A stretch of 64,000 nt of DNA from Candidatus Limnocylindrales bacterium (GCA_036278755.1 DASUKL010000114.1:7659-71658), one strand, 5' to 3'. Counted from the stretch's first letter, positions 9,268 to 19,470 are shown. The notes: generated by a model from the letters alone, not told the origin. Numbers and translations: made by a program.

Positions 9268-10458
9268 TCAGCCCAGGCCCTCCAGGAAGCGTCCGATGCG
9301 CACCAGGGCCTCCTCGAGGCGCTCGTAGCTGGTGGCGTAGCAGGCCCGCACGTGGCCGGCGCCGGAGGGACCGAAGCTGTCGCCGGGGATGACCGCGACC
9401 CGGCCCTCGAAGAGCAGGCGTTCGCTGAACTGCTCGGCCGAGAGGGCCGTGTCGCTGACCCGGGGGAAGGCGTAGAAGGCGCCCCGCGGCTCGAACGTCG
9501 CGAGGCCCAGGCGTCGCAGGCCCGCGACGAACATCGTCCGCCGGCGGTCGTACTCGTTGACCATCCGCTGGACGTCCTGATCGCCGGTGGTCAGGGCCAC
9601 CACGGCCGCGTCCTGGGCCGTCGTGGGGGCCGACATGATCTCGTACTGGTGGACCTTGACGATGCCCTCCAGGAGCTCGCGCGGGGCACACAGCCAGCCC
9701 ACCCGCCAGCCAGTCATGGCGTAGGCCTTGGAGAAGCCGCCGATGAGGACCGTCCGCTCGCGGGCCCCGGGCAGGGTGCTGAAGGCCCGATGCTGATGAC
9801 CGCCGTAGACGAGCCGATCGTAGATCTCGTCGCTGACGACCACCAGGTCGTGGCGGGCCGCGCTGTCGGCGATGGCCAGCAGGCTGGCCTCCGGCAGGAC
9901 GGCGCCGGTGGGGTTGCAGGGATAGCCCAGGAAGAGCACCCGGGTGCGCGGCGTGATGGCTGCCTCGAGGGCCGCCGGATCGAGGGCGAACTCGTCCTCG
10001 AAGCGGGTGGGGACGCGGACCGGGAGCCCGCCGTTGAAGATGACGGCCGGGCTGTAGGCCACGTACGAGGGCTCGTGGAGGATCACCTCGTCGCCCGGAT
10101 CGACGAGGGCCGCCATGGTCGCCGCCACGGCCTCCGAGGCGCCCACGGTGATGAGGATCTCGCCTTCGGGATCGTAGGTCAGGCCATACAGCCGCTCGAG
10201 GTGCTTGCTGAGGGCTCGCCGCAGCTCGAGGGTGCCGTAGTTGCTGGTGTAGTGCGTCCGGCCCGACCGCAGGGAGCGGACCCCCTCCTCGATGATCTGG
10301 GGCGGGGTCGTGAAGTCGGGCTCGCCGACGCCCAGGCTGATGACGTCGGGCATCGTGGCGATGACGTCGAAGAAGCGGCGGATGCCGGAGGGCGGGACGG
10401 CCGTCACCCGGGCCGCCAGGCGACCCCGGGCGGGCGGGGCGGCATGTTCGGTGGTCAT
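9268..10458 (-). CDS. Class I/II pyridoxal-phosphate aminotransferase (aspartate aminotransferase-like)
   Basis: Start MTTEH; PSGIRRFFD...SNYGTLELRRA...GFSKAYAMTGWRVGW (PLP-lysine region). ATGA overlap with the gatA stop at 10455-10458. Confidence 0.85.
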   Translation of the reverse strand: MTTEHAAPPARGRLAARVTAVPPSGIRRFFDVIATMPDVISLGVGEPDFTTPPQIIEEGVRSLRSGRTHYTSNYGTLELRRALSKHLERLYGLTYDPEGEILITVGASEAVAATMAALVDPGDEVILHEPSYVAYSPAVIFNGGLPVRVPTRFEDEFALDPAALEAAITPRTRVLFLGYPCNPTGAVLPEASLLAIADSAARHDLVVVSDEIYDRLVYGGHQHRAFSTLPGARERTVLIGGFSKAYAMTGWRVGWLCAPRELLEGIVKVHQYEIMSAPTTAQDAAVVALTTGDQDVQRMVNEYDRRRTMFVAGLRRLGLATFEPRGAFYAFPRVSDTALSAEQFSERLLFEGRVAVIPGDSFGPSGAGHVRACYATSYERLEEALVRIGRFLEGLG

Positions 10459-12032
10459 GGCGCGGTGGCCTCCAAGCTGGGTGCGGGCGTGGTGGGGTCG
10501 TCGAGGCGAGCCAGGGCGGCGGGCTCGATGGCCCGCCAGGGAGCGGTCGCGGTGATCGCCTCGTAGCCTCGACCGAGCCGGAAGAGGAGCGTCTCGTCCC
10601 AAGCCCGACCGATGAGCTGGAGCCCCACCGGCAGGCCCTCGGAGAGGCCGCAGGGCACCGACAGGCCGGGCAGGCCAGCGACGTTGACGGGCAGGGTGCA
10701 GGCGTCGTTGAGGTACATCGCCACGGGGTCGTCGACCTTGGCCCCCAGGGGGAAGGCGACGGTCGGGCTGGTGGGCGCGACGATGGCGTCGACCGCGGCG
10801 AAAGCGGCGTCGAAGTCGGCCTTGATGAGCGTCCGCACCTTCTGGGCCTTGAGGTAATAGGCGTCGTAATAGCCGGCCGAGAGGGCGTAGGTGCCGAGCA
10901 TGATGCGGCGCTTGACCTCCGGCCCGAAGCCTTGGCCCCGGGTGGCCAGGTAGTCGCCCAGGACGTCGCCCTGACGGACGCTGCGGCCGTAGCGCACGCC
11001 GTCGTAGCGGGCCAGATTGGCCGAGGCCTCGGCCGGCCCGATGATGTAGTAGGTCGCCAGGCCATAGCGGGTGTGGGGCAGGTCGACCTCGACGATCTCC
11101 GCCCCGGCCGACTCGAGGTCGCGCACGGCCTCCCGCACCCGGGCCTCCACGCCCGGCTCCAGGCCCTCGACGAAGTACTGCCGGGGCAGACCCAGGCGCA
11201 GCCCGCGCAGGACCGCCGCAGCCGCGTCGTCGTCGGAGGGCAGGTCAGCCGGCCAGTCGGGCACCTCCTGGGGGGCCGAGGTCGAGTCCCGGGCATCACG
11301 TCCGGCGATCGCCGCGAGCAGGGCGGCCGCGTCGCGCACGTCCCGGGCGAAGGGGCCGATCTGGTCGAGCGAGCTGGCAAAGGCCACGATGCCGTAGCGG
11401 CTGACCCGGCCGTAGGTCGGCTTGAGGCCGACGGTGCCGGTCAGGGCCGCGGGCTGGCGGATCGAGCCGCCGGTGTCCGTGCCCAGGGCCAGCGGCACGT
11501 GGAAGGCCGCCACGGCCGCGGCCGAGCCGCCGCTGCTGCCGCCGGGCACCCGGGCCAGGTCCCAGGGGTTGGCGGTGGGGCCCCAGGCCGACCACTCCGT
11601 CGAGGAGCCCATGGCGAACTCGTCCATGTTGGTGCGGCCCATGACGGCCGCCCCGGCCGCCCTGAGGCGCTCCGTGATGTGGGCGTCGTAGGGGCTGACG
11701 AAGCCCTCCAGGATGCGGCTCCCGGCGGTCGCCGGGCGGCCGCGCTGGAGGATGAGGTCCTTGACCGCGACGGGCAGGCCGAGGAGCCGGGGCAGGGCGG
11801 CCAGGGCGGCGGCTCCCTCGCGGCGGGCCGCGGCCAGGCGGGCGTCGGCGGTCGTGGCCGCCTCGGTGGCGCCCTGCTCGTCGAAGGAGAGCCAGGCATG
11901 GAGGCCCCGATCCTGGCGCTCGGCCAGCTCGAGGTGGGCGGCCAGGAGCTCCGCGGCGCTGAAGTCGCCCCGGTGCAGGCCGTCGGCCATCTCGTGGGCC
12001 CGGAGGCGGGTCAGGGCCAGGGCGTCGGCCAT
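10455..12032 (-). CDS. gatA: Glutamyl-tRNA(Gln)/aspartyl-tRNA(Asn) amidotransferase subunit A
   Basis: Amidase signature GGSSGGSAAAVAA...GTDTGGSIRQPAA; full-length homologue. Confidence 0.92.
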   Translation of the reverse strand: MADALALTRLRAHEMADGLHRGDFSAAELLAAHLELAERQDRGLHAWLSFDEQGATEAATTADARLAAARREGAAALAALPRLLGLPVAVKDLILQRGRPATAGSRILEGFVSPYDAHITERLRAAGAAVMGRTNMDEFAMGSSTEWSAWGPTANPWDLARVPGGSSGGSAAAVAAFHVPLALGTDTGGSIRQPAALTGTVGLKPTYGRVSRYGIVAFASSLDQIGPFARDVRDAAALLAAIAGRDARDSTSAPQEVPDWPADLPSDDDAAAAVLRGLRLGLPRQYFVEGLEPGVEARVREAVRDLESAGAEIVEVDLPHTRYGLATYYIIGPAEASANLARYDGVRYGRSVRQGDVLGDYLATRGQGFGPEVKRRIMLGTYALSAGYYDAYYLKAQKVRTLIKADFDAAFAAVDAIVAPTSPTVAFPLGAKVDDPVAMYLNDACTLPVNVAGLPGLSVPCGLSEGLPVGLQLIGRAWDETLLFRLGRGYEAITATAPWRAIEPAALARLDDPTTPAPSLEATAP

Positions 12033-12036
12033 GGGC

Positions 12037-12336
12037 TCAGGCCGGCTCGTCGAGGATGGCCGGCACGACGAGGTGGTCGCCCAGCCGCTCGGGGGCCCCG
12101 GCGAGGGCCTCGTCGACGCTCAGGCCGGGAGCCGCGACATCGTCGCGGAGGATGTTCTCCAGCTCGATGGTCTGGGCCGTGGGGGCGATGGCCTCGGTGT
12201 CGAGCTCGGCGAGGATGGCGTACTGCTCGAGGATGTGGTCCAGCTGGCCCTGGAGGCGATTCAGCTCCGCCTCATCCAGGCCGAGACGGGCGAGCAGGGC
12301 GACGTGGGCGACCTCGTCGCGGCTGAGTCCGGGCAT
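12037..12336 (-). CDS. gatC: Amidotransferase subunit C
   Basis: 99-aa protein MPGLSRDEVAHVALLARLGLDEAELNRLQGQLDHILE... immediately upstream of gatA. Confidence 0.85.
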   Translation of the reverse strand: MPGLSRDEVAHVALLARLGLDEAELNRLQGQLDHILEQYAILAELDTEAIAPTAQTIELENILRDDVAAPGLSVDEALAGAPERLGDHLVVPAILDEPA

Positions 12337-12379
12337 GGAGGTAAGGATAACGGTGCGGCCCCGACGGCCGAGGCAGGCG

Positions 12380-12470
12380 GCCGCCCGTAGAAGAATGGTT
12401 TGCTGCTGTATGAGCCTTTGCGATAGTCAAAAACATAAAACGCCGAGTCCGATCCATCCGAGCACGATTG
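12380..12470 (-). promoter_or_regulatory. Low-GC stretch upstream of gatC; probable promoter region of the gatCA-aminotransferase-gatB operon
   Basis: Local AT-enrichment (…agaagaatggtttgctgctgtatgagcctttgcgatagtcaaaaacataaaacg…) in otherwise ~70% GC DNA, directly 5' of gatC. Confidence 0.3.
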
Positions 12471-12509
12471 ATGATGGAGCCCGAAGGCTCACCGTCGGCC
12501 GGCCCGCGC

Positions 12510-14343
12510 TCAGGCGTCCCGGCCGGCCGGGGGGACGAGGCGCAGCCCCAGCTCGGCCAGCTGGGCCGGTTCCGCCGGGGATGGCGCAGCCAGCATGAGG
12601 TCGCTGCCCGACTGCGTCTTGGGGAAGGCCATGACCTCCCGGATGTTGAGCTGGCCGGCGAAGATCATGGCCCAGCGGTCGATGCCCAGGGCGATGCCGC
12701 CGTGGGGCGGCGCGCCGTAGTCGAAGGCCTCCAAGAGGGCCCCGAACTTGGCCTCCATCTGGGCCGGGGCATGGCCCATGAGGGCGAACGAGCGGGCCAG
12801 CAGCTCGCGGCGATGGATGCGCACCGAGCCGCCGCCCAGTTCCCAGCCATTGAGGGCCAGGTCGTACTGCTGGGCCCGGGCCTGGCCCGCAGGATCCGCA
12901 GGATCGGGCCGGGCGTGGTCGCCGGAGGCCGTCCGGAGGAGCGGCTCGTCCTCGGTAAGGGGGGCGCTGAAGGGGTTGTGGGTGGCGTCCCAGCGGCCGC
13001 CCTCGGCATCCCAAGCGTACATCGGGAAGTCGTAGACCCAGACGTAGCTGAGGGCCTCAGGATCGGCCAGGCCGAGTCGCGCGCCGAGCTCGACGCGCAG
13101 GCCGCCCAGCGCTTCCTGGGCCACGACGTCGGCGTCCGCCACGCCCAGCACGAGGTCCCCCGGCTGGGCCTCGCAGGCCACGGCCATGGCCCGCGCCCGC
13201 TCCTCGCCGAGGTGCTTGAGGGCCGGCGAGCGGAGCGAACCATCGGCTTCGACGGCCAGATGGACGAGGCCCTGGGCACCATGGCGACGGGCCGACTCGA
13301 CGAGCTCATCGATGGTCGAGCGACTGGCCCCGGCCAGACCGGGGGCGGCCAGCCCGAAGACCCGCCCGCCGGCCGTCAGGGCCCGCTCGAAGACGGCGAA
13401 GCCCGAGCCGGCCACGACGGGCCCGAGGTCGTGGAGCTCGAGCCCGAAGCGGACGTCGGGCTTGTCCGAGCCGAAGCGGTCGAGCGCCTGGCGATAGGTG
13501 AAGCGGGGGAAGGGGATGCGGGAGATGGCCCGCTGGGGGACCGTCGCGGCCGAGACCTCGATAGCCATGGCCTCCACGAAGGCCATCACGTCCGCCTCGC
13601 TCACGAAGCTCATCTCGAGGTCGAGCTGGCTGAACTCGGGCTGACGGTCGCCCCGCCCGTCCTCGTCGCGGAAGCAACGGGCGATCTGGAAGTAGCGGTC
13701 CATACCGGCCACCATGAGCAGCTGCTTGAGCTGCTGGGGGCTCTGGGGCAGGGCGTAGATGTTGCCCGGCTGGAGCCGAGATGGGACGATGAAGTCGCGG
13801 GCGCCCTCGGGGGTCGACTTGATGAGCATCGGCGTCTCGACCTCGACGAATCCGTGGGCCTCGTGGACGGCCCGGATGGCCTCCACCAGGCGCGAGCGCA
13901 GGAGCAGACGCGCGCGCATCGGCTCGCGGCGCAGGTCGAGGTAGCGGTAGCGGAGGCGGAGGGCTTCGTCGACTTCCTGCTCGGGCTCGTTGATGGGGAA
14001 GGGCGGCGTGGCGGCCGGGCCCAGGACCTCGACCGTGCTGGCCCGCAGCTCCACCGCACCGGTCGCGAGGCGGGGGTTCTCGGTGCCCGGCAGGCGGAGG
14101 GTCAGCACGCCTGCGACGCGCACGACGAACTCGGCCCGCACCTCAGAAGCCACGGCGTGGGCCGCCGGGGCCTGGCTGGCGTCCACCACGACCTGGGTGA
14201 TGCCGTAGCGGTCACGGAGGTCGAGGAAGATCAGCTGACCCAGGTCGCGCCGGCGGTGGACCCAGCCGGCCAGGGCCACCTGACGCCCGGCATCGGCCGG
14301 CCGGGCGGCGCCACAGGTCATGGTGCGGAGGGACGTATCCATC
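12510..14343 (-). CDS. aspS: Aspartyl-tRNA synthetase (bacterial type; possibly non-discriminating given the adjacent gatCAB)
   Basis: MDTSLRTMTCGAAR... anticodon-binding OB fold, class II motifs FRDEDGRGDRQPEFSQLD and GGGSVRIHR...GAPPHGGIALGIDR. Six-frame ORF over-extended; start at ATG 14343 (alternative 14322). Confidence 0.9.
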
Positions 14344-14376
14344 GCGGCGCTCCTGTCGCGGGGCGTGGGATCGGGC

Positions 14377-15663
14377 TCAACCATGGTGGTGCGAGGCCTG
14401 GGCCCGGCTGAGCTCGCGGGCCAGGTCGGCCACGTTGGCCACGTGCTGCGTGCCGGCCTGCAGGTCGCGGACCTGGACCTGGCCGCTGGCCAGCTCGTCG
14501 CCGACGATGACCGCGAAGTGCGCGCCCTCGCGGGCCGCGCCCTCGAGCTGGCGGCCGAGCCGTCGCGCCCCGAGGTCGGCCCGGGCCGCCAGGCCGGCCG
14601 CGCGCAGCTCGGTGGCCAACCGGAGGCGGGCCACGGTGGCCGCCGGATCGGCGCCCACGACCACCGCCGCGACACCCGGTGCGGGCGCCTCCTCGCCCGC
14701 CGCTGCCAGGGCCAGGGCCACCCGATCCAGCCCCAGGGCGAAGCCGATGGCCGGCGTCGGCTTGCCGCCCAGCAGCTCGACCAGGCCGTCGTAGCGGCCG
14801 CCACCGCCCAGGGCATCCTGCTGGCCGCCGGCCCCGCGGCGCTCATATTCGAAGGTCGTCCGGGTGTAGTAGTCGAGGCCCCGCACAAGGGTGGGGGCCA
14901 GGGTCACCGGCGCCTCCAGCGCAGCCAGGTGCTCCCGGAGCGCGGCGAAGTGATCGGCACAGGCGGCGCAGAGATGGTCGCCGATGCGCGGCGCGGCGGC
15001 GATGAGCCCGGCCAGGGCCGGCTCCTTGGAATCGAGGAGGCGCAGGGGGCTGGCCGTCAGGCGCTCGCGTTCGGCCGGTGGGAGCGACGCGGCGTGGTCC
15101 TCGAAGTAGGCCCGCAGGCGTTCGACATAGGCCGGCCGGCAGGCCTGGTCGCCGATCGAGTTCAGGCGGACCACGACGTCGTCGAGGCCGGCCTCGCCGT
15201 AGAAGCGCAACCCGAGCTCGACGATCTCGGCGTCGATGGCCGGCCCCGGATCGCCGATGGCCTCCACGTCCCACTGCCAGAACTGGCGGTAGCGACCGGC
15301 CTGCGGCCGGTCGTACCGGAACATCGGTCCGGCCAGCCAGACGCGGACCGGTTGGGGCAGGGTCTGCAGGCCGTGCTGCACGTAGGCCCGCACGATGCCG
15401 GCCGTGGCTTCGGGCCGGAGGGCCCACTGCTCGCGCTCGCTGCCCCGGCTGGGCACGACCCGGAAGAGCTCCTTCTCGACGATGTCCGTGACGGCGCCCA
15501 CGCCCCGTTCGAAGACCTCGCTCTGCTCGAAGAGCGGCGTCTCGATGGGGGCGTAGCCGTAGCGCCGGCCGAGATCGGCGGCGATGGCCTCGAGGCGGGC
15601 GAAGACGGCCCGTTCGGCGGGCAGCAGGTCACGGGTGCCCCGCGGGGCGCGATAGCTGGACAT
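14377..15663 (-). CDS. hisS: Histidyl-tRNA synthetase
   Basis: MSSYRAPRGTRDLLP...RPEATAGIVRAY...FRYDRPQAGRYRQFWQWDVEAIG...GGGRYDGL are canonical HisRS motifs; start at ATG 15661-15663. Confidence 0.9.
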   Translation of the reverse strand: MSSYRAPRGTRDLLPAERAVFARLEAIAADLGRRYGYAPIETPLFEQSEVFERGVGAVTDIVEKELFRVVPSRGSEREQWALRPEATAGIVRAYVQHGLQTLPQPVRVWLAGPMFRYDRPQAGRYRQFWQWDVEAIGDPGPAIDAEIVELGLRFYGEAGLDDVVVRLNSIGDQACRPAYVERLRAYFEDHAASLPPAERERLTASPLRLLDSKEPALAGLIAAAPRIGDHLCAACADHFAALREHLAALEAPVTLAPTLVRGLDYYTRTTFEYERRGAGGQQDALGGGGRYDGLVELLGGKPTPAIGFALGLDRVALALAAAGEEAPAPGVAAVVVGADPAATVARLRLATELRAAGLAARADLGARRLGRQLEGAAREGAHFAVIVGDELASGQVQVRDLQAGTQHVANVADLARELSRAQASHHHG

Positions 15664-15768
15664 CGAGGCAAGTCTACCGAGCGGCGGACCGGGGCTGGGG
15701 CCGGGCGGCTCCGTCCGAGCCGGATCGGAAGCCCAGGCCGGTCCCGCCTGTGGTACCACTGGGCCGTG

Positions 15769-16095
15769 ATGGAACCGACCCCGCCGCCCCCGCCGATCGT
15801 CCACGTCCTGCCCTGGCTGCGCCCCCTGGGCGAGCGTCTGCTGGCCGGCTGGCTGGCCATCACCCTGGGCCGCCACACGTTCGCCTGGCGCCCGCTCGAC
15901 GCCGCCGAACTGGCCCACGAGGCCTGTCATGTGGCCCAGTGGCAGCGCTACGGACCGCGCTTCATCGCCCGCTACGTGCGGGCCTCCTGGCTGGCCTGGC
16001 GAGCGGGCGGTTCGGCCTACCGCGACAACGCCTTCGAGCGGGCCGCCCAGGCGGCGGCGCGGGCCGCTCAGCTGAGGTCGCGCTGGACGGTGTAG
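15769..16095 (+). CDS. Small (108 aa) hypothetical protein with an HExxH-V-x-Q zincin-like motif (DUF4157-like?)
   Basis: MEPTPPPPPIVHVLPWLRPLGERLL...AITLGRHTFAWRPLDAAELAHEACHVAQWQRYG... ; high GC3. Convergently overlaps the relA 3' end by ~28 bp. It is the tail of antisense six-frame ORF 14320..16095. Confidence 0.4.
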   Translation: MEPTPPPPPIVHVLPWLRPLGERLLAGWLAITLGRHTFAWRPLDAAELAHEACHVAQWQRYGPRFIARYVRASWLAWRAGGSAYRDNAFERAAQAAARAAQLRSRWTV

Positions 16096-18347
16096 ACGTC
16101 CTTGAGCCGCTCCAAGCGGGCCATGACCCGGGCCAACTGGGCCACCGAGGCGACCTGGAAGGTGGCCCGCACGGTGGCCGTGTGATCGGGGTTGGTCTGG
16201 ACGTTGGCGGCCACGATGTTGACCTTGTGCTCGGCCACGACGTTGGTGATGTCGCTCAGCAGGCCGGTCCGGTCGTAGCCCTCGATGCGCACGGCGATGG
16301 GGTAGGTCTGGAGGACCTGGCCCTCCCACTCGACCCCGATGAGGCGATCGACATCGCGCTCGTTGACGGCCGTGGGGCAGGAGCGGAGATGGACGGTGAT
16401 GCCCTTGCCGCGGGTCACGTAGCCCACGATGGGATCACCGGGGATGGGATGGCAGCAGCGCCCGAAGCGGACCAGCAGGTCGGACATGCCATCGACCCGA
16501 ACGCCGCCGGTGCGCGTCGGAGGCGGCGGGGCGACGGTCGGCAGGACGGCCTCGTCGGCGTCGTCGATGACGCCCAGGCGCATGACCACGCCGGCCGCGC
16601 TGACCGCCCCGTAGCCGATGGCGGCGTAGAAGTCATCCACGGAGCCGAAGCGATAGGCCTCCGCCATCTCGGCGATCCGTTCCGGCCCGATGCGCTCGAG
16701 CGAGGTGCGGCCCAGGCGCCGCAGCTCGCGGTCCAGTGCCTCACGGCCCTGGACGATGTTCTCGTCCCGCTCCTGGCGCTTGAACCATTGGCGGATCTTC
16801 TCCCGCGCGTGACTGGTGCGGACGATGTTCAGCCAGTCACGTGACGGTCCGTGGTTGGCCTTGGTCGTGACGATCTCGACGATGTCCCCGTTCTGGAGCT
16901 TGTAGTCGAGCGGCACGAGGCGGTTGTTGACCTTGGCCCCGATGCAGCGATGGCCGACATCGGTGTGGATGCGGTAGGCGAAGTCGAGGGGCGTCGAGCC
17001 GGCCGGCAGGTCCTTGACCTCGCCCTTGGGGGTGAAGACGAAGACCTGGTCCTGGAAGATGTCGAGCTTGAGGCCCTCGACGAACTCCTGGGCGTCGGCC
17101 ACCTCGCGCTGCCAGTCGATGAGCTGACGGACCCAGGCCAGCTTGGCGTCGTACTCGCGGTCGACCCGCGAGCCCTCCTTGTAGCGCCAGTGGGCGGCGA
17201 TGCCCATCTCCGAGACGCGGTGCATGGCGTGGGTCCGGATCTGGACCTCGAGGGGCTTGCCATCGAGGGCGATGACGGCCGTGTGGAGGCTCTGGTACAT
17301 GTTGCCCTTGGGCATCGCGATGTAGTCGTCGAACTGGCCGGGGATGGGGCGCCAGATGGAGTGGGTCACGCCCAGGGCGGCGTAGCAATCGCGCACGTCG
17401 TCGACGAGGACCCGCACGGCGTAGGCGTCGTAGATCTCGCTGAAGTCCGCGCCCTTGCGCTCCATCTTCTTCCAGATGCTGTAGAGGTGCTTGGCCCGAC
17501 CCGAGAGCTCGGCCTCGATGCCCGCCTCGGCGAGGGCCGTGCGGAGGGTCTCCATGGCCCGCTCGATGTAGGTCTCCCGGGCCCGGCGGCGCGTCTCCAG
17601 CTGGGCCGCCAGCTTGCGGTAGGCCTCCGGCTCGAGGGCCTTGAAGGCCAGGTCCTCCAGCTCCCACTTGATCTGCCAGATGCCCAGGCGCTCGGCCAGG
17701 GGGGCGTAGATCTCCTGGGTCTGGCGGGCGATGCGGTGCTGCTTCTGGCGTGGCAGGGCGCCCAGGGTGCGCATGTTATGGAGCCGGTCGGCGAGCTTGA
17801 TGAGGACGACCCGGATGTCGTCGGCCATGGCCAGGAACATCTTGCGGATGTTCTCCGCCTGCCGCTCCTCGGCCGAGAGGGTGCTGAACTTGGAAAGCTT
17901 CGTGACGCCGTCGACGAGGCGGGCCACGTCCGGCCCGAAGCGCTCCTCGATATCCTCCAGGGCGTATTCGGTGTCCTCGGGGATGTCGTGCAGGAGGGCG
18001 GCCTGGATGGCTACCGGATCGAGGCCCAGGTCGGCCAGAGTGAGGGCCGCAGCGAGGGGGTGGCTGACGTACGGCTCGCCCGAGGCGCGCCGCTGGTCTT
18101 CGTGGGCCAGGGAGGCGAACTCGTAGGCCTGGCGCACGGCGGTCAGGTCGGCCTGGGGATGGTGCTCGAGGATGGCCGCCTCGAGCTGGTGCTCCTGGGC
18201 GTCGAGGGCCCGCCGGGTCAGGTGGACCGTGGGCGAGGCACGACCGGCCGCGCCACGCCCGGACACGGCGCGTCCAGCAGGCGTGCGCGCGGCCGCGGCG
18301 CGTGGGCGGCCGCCGGCGGTCCGATGGGGAACGGGTTCGATGGCCAT
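16068..18347 (-). CDS. relA: Bifunctional (p)ppGpp synthetase/hydrolase RelA/SpoT family
   Basis: HD domain (HPLAAALTLADLGLDPVAIQAALLHDIPEDT), synthetase, TGS and ACT regions. Real start MAIEPVPH at ATG 18345-18347; the six-frame ORF is over-extended. Confidence 0.9.
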   Translation of the reverse strand: MAIEPVPHRTAGGRPRAAAARTPAGRAVSGRGAAGRASPTVHLTRRALDAQEHQLEAAILEHHPQADLTAVRQAYEFASLAHEDQRRASGEPYVSHPLAAALTLADLGLDPVAIQAALLHDIPEDTEYALEDIEERFGPDVARLVDGVTKLSKFSTLSAEERQAENIRKMFLAMADDIRVVLIKLADRLHNMRTLGALPRQKQHRIARQTQEIYAPLAERLGIWQIKWELEDLAFKALEPEAYRKLAAQLETRRRARETYIERAMETLRTALAEAGIEAELSGRAKHLYSIWKKMERKGADFSEIYDAYAVRVLVDDVRDCYAALGVTHSIWRPIPGQFDDYIAMPKGNMYQSLHTAVIALDGKPLEVQIRTHAMHRVSEMGIAAHWRYKEGSRVDREYDAKLAWVRQLIDWQREVADAQEFVEGLKLDIFQDQVFVFTPKGEVKDLPAGSTPLDFAYRIHTDVGHRCIGAKVNNRLVPLDYKLQNGDIVEIVTTKANHGPSRDWLNIVRTSHAREKIRQWFKRQERDENIVQGREALDRELRRLGRTSLERIGPERIAEMAEAYRFGSVDDFYAAIGYGAVSAAGVVMRLGVIDDADEAVLPTVAPPPPTRTGGVRVDGMSDLLVRFGRCCHPIPGDPIVGYVTRGKGITVHLRSCPTAVNERDVDRLIGVEWEGQVLQTYPIAVRIEGYDRTGLLSDITNVVAEHKVNIVAANVQTNPDHTATVRATFQVASVAQLARVMARLERLKDVYTVQRDLS

Positions 18348-18367
18348 GGCGGCTCCGAGTGTAGCGG

Positions 18368-19450
18368 CTAACCTCGGCCCGACCACCGCCCGCGGGCCCG
18401 GCGGAGGCGGTCCCACAGGGGTTCGATGACCAGATCCCAGGTCCCCGGATGGCGCAGAGGCTGGCCGCCGAACGAGCGCTTGAAGGCACTGAAGCCGGCC
18501 CACGCCGGGTCGGCGGCCGGGTCGCCGCGCTCGGTCACGCCCCACAGGTCGAGCGTCCGTACCCCGTCCGCGGCCAGGGCCCGCATGGCCTCGGCCAGGG
18601 CGGCGTAGGGCCCGTAGAGATGGCGCACCGCCGGGTCGCGGCTCGAGGCGCCGTAGAGGTAGTAGGCCCGCGGACCGATGCGCGGCAGGGCCAGGCCGGC
18701 GATGGCCCGGCCGGAGGCGCGGGCCAGGACGAGGTACCAACCGTCCTGCTTCGCGAAGGCCGCCGCCGCGCGGGCCAGGAATCCCGCTGAGCGAGCCCGG
18801 AAGGCACCACGCTGGGCGGTCTCGGCCAACAGGCCGGCGAAGGCCTCGAGCGGCTCAGGATCCGCGTCACGGATGACCTCGACGCTGACGCCCTCGCGCT
18901 CCGCCCGCCGGGCCAGGCGCCGGGCATCGGCGTGCCAAGTGGCCCACAGGTCGGGGCCACCGTCCCGCAGCTCGACGAGGCGGGTCGTGGTGGCCTGGAG
19001 GTCGGTCTCGGCCCGGCGCAGGCCCAGGCTCGCGAGCAGCGGGGCCGGATCCGGGCCCTCGGGCACGGCCCGCGGGTCGAGCTTGACGACGATCGAGCGC
19101 TCGGCTCGAGCCAGGGCGCCCAGCCCACCCACCAGGGCGGCCAGGAGTTCCGGGCCGTCGGCGGCCTCGCGTTCCCAGAGCGGTCCATGGGGCAGGTAGA
19201 GCATCGTTCGCCCGAAGCCCAGCGGCCGGACGAGCCCCTGGGCCAGGCCGCGCAGCCGGCTGTCGCCCGCGTCCCGGCCTCCTTCCACGAGCAGCAGACG
19301 GCGGGGCGACTCGCCACTCGGGGCGACCACCTCGCCCCAGGCCCAGGTCTGCAGCGGATCGCCCTCCGGCCGCACGGCCACGAAGCCCTCCCAGGCCGCC
19401 CGGTCGGCCTCGGTCGCCGGGCGCACGGTCAGCGCGGGCCGAACGGCCAT
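18368..19450 (-). CDS. FemAB-family aminoacyl-tRNA-dependent peptidoglycan bridge-forming transferase, paralog 1
   Basis: MAVRPALTV...PLQTWAWGE...YYLYGASSRD...TLDLWGV match the FemX/FemA/FemB family signatures (QLT-WAE, YLYGASS, TYDFGG). Confidence 0.8.
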   Translation of the reverse strand: MAVRPALTVRPATEADRAAWEGFVAVRPEGDPLQTWAWGEVVAPSGESPRRLLLVEGGRDAGDSRLRGLAQGLVRPLGFGRTMLYLPHGPLWEREAADGPELLAALVGGLGALARAERSIVVKLDPRAVPEGPDPAPLLASLGLRRAETDLQATTTRLVELRDGGPDLWATWHADARRLARRAEREGVSVEVIRDADPEPLEAFAGLLAETAQRGAFRARSAGFLARAAAAFAKQDGWYLVLARASGRAIAGLALPRIGPRAYYLYGASSRDPAVRHLYGPYAALAEAMRALAADGVRTLDLWGVTERGDPAADPAWAGFSAFKRSFGGQPLRHPGTWDLVIEPLWDRLRRARGRWSGRG

Positions 19451-19470
19451 GGCCTCCTCATCCGGTGGCC

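Noticed and set aside
7745-11380. 1211-aa minus-strand ORF
   Set aside because: Frame-fusion artefact. Only the C-terminal ~506 aa (gatB) are real. The upstream part is an Arg/Pro-rich alternative frame running through the aminotransferase and gatA, which are encoded in other frames.
14320-16095. 591-aa plus-strand ORF antisense to hisS
   Set aside because: Antisense of hisS except for the last ~108 codons, which lie beyond the hisS start and are reported separately as a low-confidence HExxH mini-protein.
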